A DNA stretch of 64,000 nucleotides, taken from Tubulanus polymorphus (Eukaryota; Animalia; Nemertea). The notes under the pieces were generated by a model. The model did not search any database. It saw only the letters and a program-made list of their open reading frames with translations, and was not told the origin of the DNA. Position 1 is the first letter of the stretch; every line of letters starts with the position of its first letter. Position numbers and translations under genes: made by a program. Of the stretch, positions 42,695 to 53,529 are shown piece after piece. The stretch spans positions 8,060,001 through 8,124,000 of the forward strand of contig NC_134031.1 in assembly GCF_964204645.1 (NCBI RefSeq), written 5' to 3'.

Positions 42695-42966
42695 ATAATT
42701 TTGCTATATAAATGAAAGAAGAAATGGAATTTAAAATTGAAATAAAAGAATTGAATGAATTATTTTCACTGTTTAACATTAAAAATTGTATCTCAGCAAA
42801 AAATTTAGTATATGGAAGACAATATAAAATTAATAATGTTACTGTAATTAATCAAATAGTATTAAATGAAACATATTTAATAACTGAACTAATCGATACT
42901 TTAGATAATGGCGCCAAAAATCCTAAAATATTTAATACAGTTTTAAATTATAAAGGTAATTTAGAT

Positions 42967-45900
42967 AATAATAAATAATAATAAAAAGTTCTTTTAAAGC
43001 GCTTTTCCGCAGTATCCCACGCTCAAAGCGCTATCTCCTGGAAATACTGCAAAAACAGATATGTCTTTAGAGCGTTGCGAAAAGATCCTTCGTCAACGGT
43101 GGAACGAATGGAAATGGGTAGTCTATTCCAAAGGTAGGGCGCACAGCTAGAAAAGGCACGGTCGCCATATTTGGATTTAGAACGAGGAACGTGTAAAGCA
43201 AGGCTGGAAGAAGAACGAGTGCGCCCCTCTACCCTACGTAGCAGATTTGACAAGTAAACTGGAGCAGATCCATGGATACAACGGTGTACGGTTGACAAGA
43301 TCTTAAACTCGATTCTAGCCTGGACAGGCAGCCAATGGAGATCTATGAGAATAGGTGTTATTCTATCAAACTTCCTTTTACGACACACTAATCTGGCTGC
43401 CATATTTTGTGCTCGCTGAAGAGGCGCTAATGTTTTTGCTGGTAGTCCGTAAAGTATTCCATTGTTGAAATCAAGACGGGACAGGACGAAAGCACGAACT
43501 AATTTTATAGTGCTGTTTTGGTCCAAGAATCGGCGTATGCGACCAATTTTATACAAAGACGCGTAAGCAGCTTTACAAGTACGTTTAATATGCTCCTGCA
43601 TAGTCACACCCTGGTCCAACCAAGCCCCTAGGTCCTTAACAGACTCAGAGGTTGTAATCGGAACACCGTCTACTTCAATCTCAGGCACTGATCCAACTTT
43701 TCTCGTAGACACAAGATTCACAGCCTCCGTCTTTGGAGGGTTCAGCGCGAGCTTATTAACAGTAAGCCATGATTTAATATCCGTTATACAGGTCTCCATG
43801 TTTTTCACCATTATATCACGCTGAGTGCGATCACCGAGCGCAACCGTATCAATAAGCTGATTATCATCAGCAAACAGTTGATAATCCAAGGAATGATCAC
43901 GCATCACATTGCTCAGCGGTAGGGTGTAGAAAGTGAACAATATAGGGCCTAGCACTGATCCCTGCGGCACAACAAATTGGAGAGGAACGGATTCCGACAG
44001 TTGACCGGAGATGTAGAGTGAAAGAGTTCTCCCCTGCAGATAGGATTCAAACCAGCACAATGCCACATCACTCACTCCAATACACGTTCGGAGCCTTTCA
44101 AGCATGATCGTATGGTCAACGGTATCAAAAGCAGCGGTTAAATCCAATAACGTTAGAAGCACTTCATGGCCAGAGTCCAATGATGTAAGAATCTGGTCAG
44201 TTACTTTCATTAATACCGACTCAGTACTATGGCCTCTTCGATACGCCGATTGGTTCGGGTCGTAGAGACCGTTTAGTGTCATGTGAGTGATGAGACGCAC
44301 AGCTGCAACACGTTCGATTAGCTTGGACAAATAGCTCAAGTTAGAAACAGGCCTGAAACTCCCGCGGGCATCCTTGTCCATTGAGGGTTTTTTGAGAAGT
44401 GGCTTCACAATCGCAAATTTCAAAGCAGTAGGAAACTGCTCACTCTCCAACGATTTATTTACTATGGACACTAACACAGGTAGTAATGACTCGATACACC
44501 CCTTTATTACAACTGTTGGAATGGGGTCGAGAGAACAACACTTAGACGGAAGCGATAACACCAGCTTTTTTATTTCATCTCCGGTAGCTGGTACAAAACT
44601 ATTGAAGACTTGAACATTGGTATTTAAAGTATCCTCGGATGATACAGCATCAACTAAGTCAAGCCTTTCGCGAATAGTTGCGATCTTCTGCATAAAAAAC
44701 GAGCAAAATTCCTCAGCAAGTTTTTTTGGGTCCGAGTGTTCAGGCAAAGGTGAACATTTTTCCTTGCCAAGAAGGTTATCGACCAAGTGGAACAGCTCTT
44801 TACTATTTCCAGAACAAATCTTTGACCTGTGATATTCAAGTTTCGAATTTTCAATGATATTACAAACAGCTTGCCTCTGAGCACGAAACAGCTGTCTGTT
44901 AATCTCTGTTTTGTCCTTTCTCCACTTTCGTTCAAGTTTCCGTCTAACACGTCTAGCCTGTTTTATCTCATCATTAAACCACGGAGTGTCGGGCCTAACT
45001 CCAACTGATTTGGTGATCTCCGGAGCATGTTTATCCAAGATGCAGCCGAGCACTAAATTGTACTGTTCGACCAATGCATCCAGGTCCTCGTTTGGATTTA
45101 ACAAGAGTTCAGAGTTTGATGTCATGATTGAAAGCATTATAATCAATGTCCTTAATCCTTCTGAATGTGACAGTTTTCTTTGCATGGCGTGGCTTATCAA
45201 CTGATAAACTAAACTGAACCGCAAAATGATCCGGTGGCAAAGATGGATCAACGCGCACATCAGAGATCAAACTCTTACTCGCAGATGGAACAATCACCAA
45301 GTCTATTATATGTCCCTTCACATGTGTTGGTTCCTGTACTAACTGAACCAGACCAAAAGTTTCCAAAAGCAGCAAAAAACTAGCAACAGCTGAATTGTCT
45401 GGTTTGTCCACATGGATGTTGAAATCGCCACAAATCAGGAGATGCTCTGTTTCCGGTACCACACGCTCGAGAAGAGAACCAAACTCATTCACAAACTCAC
45501 TAACAAATCTTGGATGTGGGTCAGGTCTATAAATCACAATGACCCTCAAAGTAACTGATTGATAAGCAACTGATACATCCAAGTGTTCAAAGTACTGAAA
45601 TTCCACTCGCTCATTGGCTTCTACACCTAAGCCGTCTCTATACAATAATCCCACTCCACCACCAGTCTTTGAAACTCTTGGTCTATGAATAAAGTTACAT
45701 CCGGGAATCTGATTCTTCAAAGAAGAGATAACTATATTATCAGCATCATCCCCTCTCAGCCATGTTTCAGTCACAATAGCAAGGGCAGATTTGTTTTCAC
45801 AGACTGATTCACATAAAGGAATCACTTTTCCTCTTAAAGATCTAGCATTCCAAACTGTCACATTAGCACATGCTTGACCTCTACTATGTCTGCCTGCCCT

Positions 45901-46278
45901 TTTACCACGCCTAGTCGCACACCGTTTATAAATATTAAGCTCCCTCAAATGTCCTTCCAATTTAGGTAATAAAGATCCGTGATTTGGTAGTTTAAGTTCA
46001 ACCAGTTCAGCTACTGTATACATAGAATATACAGGGTCACTAAATATGGTGGCAGACAGAAAATAAATCCATTCTAGAATATAAGTCCAATAAAAGTCCG
46101 GTAACATTTCGATTTTTCCACTTTCTTCGTTCTACAGTTACGAGCATAATCACAGCATATTCATAAACACATCTGAACACTTGACATAGGATTATTATCT
46201 TAAATTCCATGAATAATTTGAAGTTTTCCAGGAGACTCAGAGAGCAGCTGTCACGCGCTCATCTGATCAACGATATAT
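42967..46278 (-). mobile_element. L2-clade LINE, near full length, single APE-RT ORF
   Basis: 3' stem-loop GCGCTTTGAG...GGATA...AAAAGCGC and (TTA)n tail; short GAT duplication (42964-42966, 46279-46281). Confidence 0.9.
43023..46107 (-). pseudogene. LINE apurinic endonuclease + reverse transcriptase, one frameshift at ~45115
   Basis: WNARS, VTETWL, GGGVG, IYRP, GDFN, PTH..GH.IDL, DH; RPVSNL, LLDLTAAFDTVDH, PQGSVLGP, FADD; GDRAFS..AP.LWN.LP. Confidence 0.92.
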
Positions 46279-46751
46279 GATGAAAACCTAATAAATATTC
46301 TTAAATTTCCTTTTAATGAAAGAGAAAGTGATATAATACTTTCAAAAGGTAATGATAGGATAGACTTAAGAATTGAAAAACGACAATTATATTATTGTAA
46401 TTTTGATAATAAACAAATTATTTATAATGAAAATACATCAAATATTGAAATTCAATGTGATTTAGAAAACAATAATTCTTTTAAAGATATTGCAATTCAG
46501 TGTGATTTAGAAAATAGTAAATCTTTTAAAGATATCGCAATTCAATGTGATTTAGAGAACGAATTCAAAAGATTTAATCCTAATGAAAAAATTCATTGTT
46601 ATTGCGGAGGTAAATATTCAAAATCACATAAATCAAAGCATTACCAAACAATTAAACATAAAACAGGTGTAAAGAGTAACAATTCTACATTGAAAATAAA
46701 TTAAATAGTCAAATAATTATTGAATTAAGTTAAACGATTTAAATATCTAAT

Positions 46752-48118
46752 AGACTGTTAAAATGATAAATTGTTTGACAGTTGAAATGATAAATTGTTT
46801 GACTGTTAAAATGATAAATTGTTTGACAGTTGAAATGATAAATTGTTTGACAGTTGAAATGATAAATTGTTTGACAGTTGAAATGATAAATTGTTTGACA
46901 TTTGAAATGATAAATTGTTTGACAGCTGAAATGATAAATTGTTCGACTGTTGAAATGATTTGACAGTTGAAATGATAAATTGTTTGACAGTTGAAATGAT
47001 AAATTGTTCGACTGTTGAAATGATAAATTGTTTGACAGTTGAAATGATAAATTGTTCGACTGTTGAAATGATAAGACAGTTGAAATGATAAATTGTTTGA
47101 CAGTTGAAAGGATAGATTGTTTGACAGTTGAAATGATATATTGTTTGACAGTTGAAATGATACATTGTTCGAATGTTGAAATGATAAATTGTTCGGCAGT
47201 TGAAATGATAAATTGTTTGACAGTTGAAATGATAAATTGTTTGACAGTTGAAATTATAAATTGTTCGACTGTTGAAATGATAAATTGTTTGACAGTTGAA
47301 ATGATAAATTGTTTGACAGTTGAAATGATAAATTGTTTGGCAGTTGAAATGATAAATTGTTTGACTGTTGAAATGATAAATTGTTTGACAGTTGAAATGA
47401 TAAATTGTTTGAAAGCTGAAATGATAAATTGTTCGACAGTTGAAATGATAAATTGTTCGACTGTTGAAATGATAAATTGTTCGACTGTTGAAATGATTTG
47501 ACAGTTGAAATGATAAATTGTTTGACAGTTGAAATGATAAATTGTTTGACAGTTGAAATGATAAATTGTTTGACAGTTGAAATGATAAATAGTTTGACAG
47601 TTGAAATGATAAATTGTTCGACTGTTGAAATGATAAGACAGTTGAAATGATAAATTGTTTGACAGTTGAAATGATAAATTGTTTGACAGTTGAAATGATA
47701 AATTGTTTGACAGTTGAAATGATAAATTGTTCGACTGTTGAAATGATAAATTGTTCGGCAGTTGAAATGATAAATTGTTTGACAGTTGAAATGATAAATT
47801 GTTTGACAGTTGAAATTATAAATTGTTCGACTGTGGAAATGATAAATTGTTTGACAGTTGAAATGATAAATTGTTTGACAGTTGAAATGATAAATTGTTC
47901 GACTGTTGAAATGATTTGACAGTTGAAATGATAAATTGTTCGACTGTTGAAATGTTAGATTGTTCGACTGTTAAAATGTTAAATTGTTCGACTGTTAAAA
48001 TGTTAAATTGTTCGACTGTTGAAATGATAAATTGTTTGACAGTTGAAATGATAAATTGTTTGACCGTTGAAATGATAAATTGTTTGACAGTTGAAATGAT
48101 AAATTGTTTGACAGTTGT
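46752..48118 (+). repeat. 24-bp minisatellite, ~58 units, inside the Maverick-like element
   Basis: (gacagttgaaatgataaattgttt)n with occasional shortened units. Confidence 0.95.
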
Positions 48119-48407
48119 AATAAGGAAAGTTAAGAATATTTATTATGTTTTCATCTAAATTACCTTTATAATTTAAAACTGTATTAAATATTTTAGGATT
48201 TTTGGCGCCTTTATCTAAAGTATCGATTAGTTCAGTTATTAAATATGTTTCATTTAATACTATTTGATTAATTACAGTAATATTATTAATTTTATATTGT
48301 CTTCCATATACTAAATTTTTTTCTGAGATACAATTTTTAATGTTAAATAGTGAAAATAATTCATTCAATTCTTTTATTTCAATTTTAAATTCCATTTCTT
48401 CTTTCAT
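48003..48407 (-). pseudogene. Truncated second copy of the element gene in the right TIR, running into the 24-bp minisatellite
   Basis: Near-identical N-terminal ~95 aa; homology stops at ~48124. Confidence 0.75.
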
Positions 48408-51283
48408 TTATATAGCAAAATTATTACTCACACTTTACTCACACTTTTAATATTGAAAATCTAAATTATTTTACTCACACTTTACTCACACTTTTAACAT
48501 TGAAAATCTAAATTATTTTACTCACACTTTACTCACACTTTTAATATTGAACAATTTTATCATTTTATTAGCGCTTTTATATTAAAAAGTGTGTTTATTT
48601 TTGGAAAAAAGCAAAAAAATTTAATTTTTCTAAACTTATTTTTATTTCTTAATTCGCTGATACTTTCTGTGATGAGTGGTGTCTCGACCTCTCGACCTCT
48701 GGTATGAAAGCCCACTTTCCCTATTACTCATTCCTACAAAACAGCCGATACCTAATAACGTCCAAAGATGTTTCTTCTTCGTTGTTAGGACTTCTATCAT
48801 AACATGCAATTATGAGCTTTTTGCAGTCAAGCAAACAGTCTTCATTAACACCAATGCAGGAACCCAATGATGCCAAGCATATATACTTTGAAAGTCCCCG
48901 GGATAACAGCTTGTATGGTTTCACTTTTCCTATCTTTTTAAAACTTGACACTGAATCGCAGCCAGTCAACGAATGCAATGCCAATACACAGTTAGCCATA
49001 TCTCCTAATGTTTCATGAATTCTTCTCATCGATATCATCCCTTGAGTTGTTTTCATGTTTATGTCACTTACATTCAGCTGGCTAAAAAAATGTATCATCA
49101 GAATGAAAACATCCGTGTCTGTGCAATTGACTGTGATAACTGGTTTGTCGGAAAGCGAACTCAGATACATCAGGTGAAGGATGATTTGTGTATCAGCTTC
49201 TTCCTGCGTGCTCTCTAAAGACTTAACATTTTCCGACCCTCCGTTGGTTATTGCAGTGCAGCAATTTTCAATAAATCCAGCTAGGACCAACACAGTGTCA
49301 CTAACGAGTGAATCTTTTGCCAAGTTCAACATAGTCGAATACAGGAATTGCAGCAGATGATGTTTGTTGGATCCGCAAGATAGAAACTTTTGCCACTGTT
49401 TGGGGACTGGTGTTCTCGTGGTGATGTTTTTTATAATTATGATTCCACTGACAGTTGCTCTGTTTGACCTTTCAAATTTTTTAGGCTAGTTTCTCGATAT
49501 TGGTCCATAATGACGTGCACACGTCGGCAATTACTATACCAGAGTATATCAACAAATCTATCGGCTAATTCTCCGAAGTTCTGAAGGCCAGCCACATTCA
49601 AGGAATGAAGAATCACCATGCCGTCGACAACTTCATAAATCGAATCCAACGCATCGGGTACTAGACAGTCTTCAGTTTCAGAATTATCACATTCATAAGC
49701 TTGCTCTTTGGGGATTTATAGAGTGACCCGTATACTTCTACAATGGACATTGGTACAGATAATAATTCAGGAGAAGACCTCTTGCAAATCAACATCCCTA
49801 GCCCTGGCTGCAACAAGTAGCCTAGAGAATATGTTGTGTGCACTTGTTTCCAGGCGGAAAGGCTTTTTCCCAACATTCAGTGGTTTTGTAGAAGTTGCGA
49901 ATGTTTTTAAGGTTGTTCTTTTGATCACTTCTGAAATCTTCACTCTTCCCGTTATCAGCCGTTCCTCTACATACTGTTCAACCCTTGTTTGCCCAATTGG
50001 AAGGATATTCGCGAGCTTTTCACTTGCGTCTAATTCAAGTGAGATACCTGAAATATCAAAAATATGCATCCATGTTTACTCTTCAGTGAATCAAATTATC
50101 ATGAACTAGTCTAAAATATTCAACATCAAGTATATTAATTTGATAAAGGTTTTCTAGAAAATGTAATTGATTTTTTGCACTAGCTAACTAGCTACCTGTT
50201 GAAAGGTTTACAATTGTTTCTGTTTCTTTTTTCAAGGTGAAAGGATTCGTCATTTCGGATACAGTACTTCTGATATTTTTTTATATCTTCAGAGTCCTTT
50301 CTGATTCTACTTGCAGTACTGTCTTTATAATGTTGTGATGAATTACTAAATTTGATCTGTTGTTTTGCTTTTGAAACCATTTCTCCCCTTATATGTGCTG
50401 ACTTAATCCACCAGAAAGAAAGATATTTATTTCATTACCTTCAAACGTCTTTTCAGTTTGGGAGTTTGGTTCTATTGTGCAAATGTCGAGATAGATTTAG
50501 TCGATATTCCAGATATGATTATTATTTACGAGAGAGTTAAAGACTCACTTATCAATGGCTCCGGGATTCCTTGATCTCCCTATCAGACATGTTTTCGCAT
50601 CGCGATTGAGTGTTTGTTCAAGTAACATATCAGGCGAGACACAACTGAACTTCCTACTGACACTCCTACTGACAGAATGCTGTCCATTTTCAAATGAGAG
50701 TTCAACTATCTCAGGTAAATTATACATTTCGGTGATATACACTGGAAGCCATTTGAAATAGTGTATACCAAGATCGTACATACCAAAATAGTTGTCCGTG
50801 TTAATGGCTAAATTCAATTATTATCATTTATTGTATATCATTATTATCATTATCATTACTATGATTATTATCATTTATATTATTGTTATTAATAAAAATA
50901 TTAGATGATACTTAACATAGTATGATATTTATAAAAGCGTGTTAAAGAATATTCACCTGGTATAATTTTGATGATCCGCTACAAATTAATATGGCTACAT
51001 ATTTACTGAACATTGCAGATGTTTCATCCAGTTGGCATCTCTTTCAGCTTTAATAAATTCGAGGAGCAATCTAACCATATCAAGGTACTGTTGCCAGTAG
51101 CTAAATGTTCTACAGGATGAGACACCATCTTCTTTAAATTCATTCAGCTACTCGTTCTCTCATTAACAAACAACATAAAATTCTCCAAGGGAAAAATAGA
51201 ATCGCTAGGATTATACCGCAGGCCGTGAACTCTTCAACGTACGTGCCGGCCTAAAAAAACAACAATCAATCAGTCACGTGTGA

Positions 51284-51525
51284 CACAAGGTGGCGCTGTA
51301 AATGTACCGACCAATAGGTGGCGTTGTAAGCATATCGGCCACTAGTTGGCGCTGTACATGTACCAGCCTCTAGGTGGCGCTGTAAGCATATGGGCCAGGT
51401 GCTGTTGATGTACCAATCACTAGGTGGCGATGTAGGCATATCGGCCACTAGGTGGCGCTGTTGATGTACCAACCATTAGGTGGCGCTGTAAGCATATCAG
51501 CCACTAGGTGGCGGTGTAAACGTAC
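51284..51525 (+). repeat. 28-bp tandem repeat (~9 units, 56-bp dimer) carrying CTCF-consensus cores
   Basis: ccactaggtggcgct followed alternately by gtaagcatatcgg and gttgatgtaccaa types. Confidence 0.85.
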
Positions 51526-51817
51526 CTGACACGCTTGACATCCAGCTCCTACGACAACGACTGTATTCCCAGCATTAGCCGCGTATCCAGTAGGGGGCGT
51601 TATCACAGGTTGCCCGTATTGTTGGGGGGATGAATATTGTGTCTGTGGATACGGAGAAGAGTACTGAGTTTGTGAATAAGGCGAACCGTATTGGGTCGGA
51701 GGGGGAGATGGGGGTACTGACCTCCGGGTTGAGGTGGATATGTAGCGTCCCCTGGTGGAGCCCCGTAAGGTGCTTGAGTTGAATACATAGCTGGCGGTCC
51801 TGGTGGCTGTTTCATGG
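51526..51817 (-). pseudogene. BRI3 (brain protein I3)-like proline/tyrosine-rich exon with a 1-bp frameshift
   Basis: tttcag|ccATG; PPxY-like P/Y-rich region; ends VVVVGAGCQACQ|gtacgt, like BRI3 VVVGGCPxCR|; frame break in G run 51710-51714. Confidence 0.65.
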
Positions 51818-52209
51818 CTGAAAAAATAATTCAAACATGAATTCGATGATATTTAGCAAGAGAGGTGTAAGATAGAACCGTGTATTTACCCTCCCTAAGC
51901 GGGTGAAGGGGCTGAAGGGTCCATTGTGCAGATCACTGTCAATCAATCAATCTGCAATAGAGAAAATAGATAAAGTGCTGATCTGTATTGGGAACCAAGA
52001 ACCAAAACAGCATAAATGAACACATGACATGAGTTCACTTTGGTGAGACCAGCAACTGCAAACTATCGTTAAAATATCCGATCGTGAAACTACACCGTAC
52101 AGACAGGTTACTGACTAGGAACTCACTTGACTTATTACAGCGTGACGGGTTCTTTTTTGTATCTTATCTCAGTTTGATGTCAATAAATTGGATTATATGA
52201 AAAAAACTG

Positions 52210-52356
52210 CCTTGACTCCTCCCTTGACTCCCTCCTTTGACTCCCTCCCTTGACTCCTCCCTTGACTCCCTCCCTTGACTCCATCCCTTGACTCCCTCCC
52301 TCGACTCCCTCCCTCGACTCCTCCCTTGACTCCCTCCCTTGACTCCCTCCCTTGAC
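52210..52356 (+). repeat. 13-14-bp minisatellite (cccttgactccct)n
   Basis: About 10 direct copies. Confidence 0.9.
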
Positions 52357-52939
52357 TTTATATCAAGTTTTATGTCTACATTTTTTAAGCATCTTTTAAA
52401 TTTTCAAGCAAATTCATTTGTTATAAATTTTGCGCACCTCGTATTGTTAGTGGTTTTATTGAAAGAGGTTCTCTTTTGAAGAGTCACAGTTCGGAGTTTA
52501 TTTGCAAATTTTATATCAAGTTTCATGTGTCTACATTTTTTGAAACGAATCTTTTGAATTATTTTCAAGCAAATTAATCGTTGTATCATCATGATCCAGA
52601 ATTCGACGGTTTTTAGTTGAAGTTGACTCAAGATTCAAATCCCAGTTGCACAATTGTGATTGTTAGACTCGAATAGAGTTCATTCATTGGAAAACGAACT
52701 AATTTTAAGCTTCAAATTAATGTAACACTTAAATTCTGGGCCCAAGTGAAGAATGCGGGGTTATGGTGCAGGGGTGTAGGAACATATTCGATGCGTTGGT
52801 TGTGATTCGGTTCTTTATTTTGACGTGATTCGAAGACTGTACAGGTTACATGGTATACTGGTCGGACGACTGGTCAACTGGACAACTGGTCAACTGGATG
52901 ACCGGTCAACACTGGATGACTTGTCAACAGGATGACAGG

Positions 52940-53316
52940 ACGACCATCAGCATCACCATCTGCCTCATCTCCGCCATCATCTCCAGCATAACCACCACCT
53001 TCCCCATCCCCACCATCTCATGCATCACCATCATAACCATGCTCTACCCCATCCCATCCCCACCAGCTTCATCAGCCTCACCATCGTTACCATTATCACC
53101 ACCATCTCCTGCATCACCATCACCCCTGCCATCTCCACCACCCTTACGACTAACAATTCAATCACCGTCATCTCCACCATCGCATCCCCCTATCCACCAT
53201 CAAATCGACCCCCGTCCACTATTTCCAACTTCTCATATCCCTATCCACTATTTCCACCTTCTCATCCCCCTATCCACCTTCTCATCCACCATCTCCACAA
53301 TCGCCACTACCACCCA
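52940..53316 (+). repeat. Degenerate (CCA/CAT)n low-complexity tract
   Basis: Repeated ccatc/cacca units. Confidence 0.8.
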
Positions 53317-53529
53317 TTGAACCAGTCATTCAGTCTGGGTTATTCTACCTCAAAGGTCCGATTTATAATATCAGACAACCAGTTACGTTTAGGTTCCTCT
53401 AGTTGACCAAGCGGAAAGCCAGCTCGAATTCAGGTTATTTTACCTCATGGTTTAGGCCTGAACTATAAGGGCTATATATGTTTGTGGTACGGTTAATTCA
53501 GACGACAAACAGCGTCAGCAATGTTTCCA

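Larger units (their letters stand above)
42712..46704 (+). pseudogene. Element-borne 225-aa gene split by the LINE (42712-42966 + 46282-46704): 3x IQCDLEN repeats and C-terminal CxCGG..H..H zinc finger
   Basis: Halves join in frame as NYKGNLD|ENLINILKFP; the uninterrupted copy in the right TIR reads NYKGNLDENIINILNFP. Confidence 0.8.
42343..48728. mobile_element. Non-autonomous Maverick/Polinton-like element
   Basis: 6-bp TSD CATTCC (42337-42342, 48729-48734); AGTAATA...TATTACT ends; ~600-650-bp TIRs; excision restores Academ frame RLFCRNGCNNLPPT. Confidence 0.8.
41981..51150 (-). pseudogene. Degenerate, intron-containing Academ transposase, interrupted by 42343-48728
   Basis: YWQQYLDMVRLLLEFIKAERDANW..HL, DHQNYTR|WLPVY, PDMLLEQTLNRDAK, VVDGM, QEEADT, DTDV, HSLTGCD..SSF..IGK, LPPT...H..RANYQA.IW, CGCK..C....C.C; many stops and frameshifts. 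Confidence 0.85.

Noticed and set aside
46763-48158. MINCLTVE-repeat ORFs, and the array as a possible CRISPR
   Set aside because: Head-to-tail 24-bp units with no unique spacers and no cas genes; the ORFs are by-products of a 3n unit.
41350-51260. Academ TIR/TSD pair
   Set aside because: No matching inverted termini found; the 5' end appears deleted.
52850-53406. Pro/Ser/His/Thr-rich ORFs
   Set aside because: Low-complexity CCA/CAT DNA with no splice or domain support.
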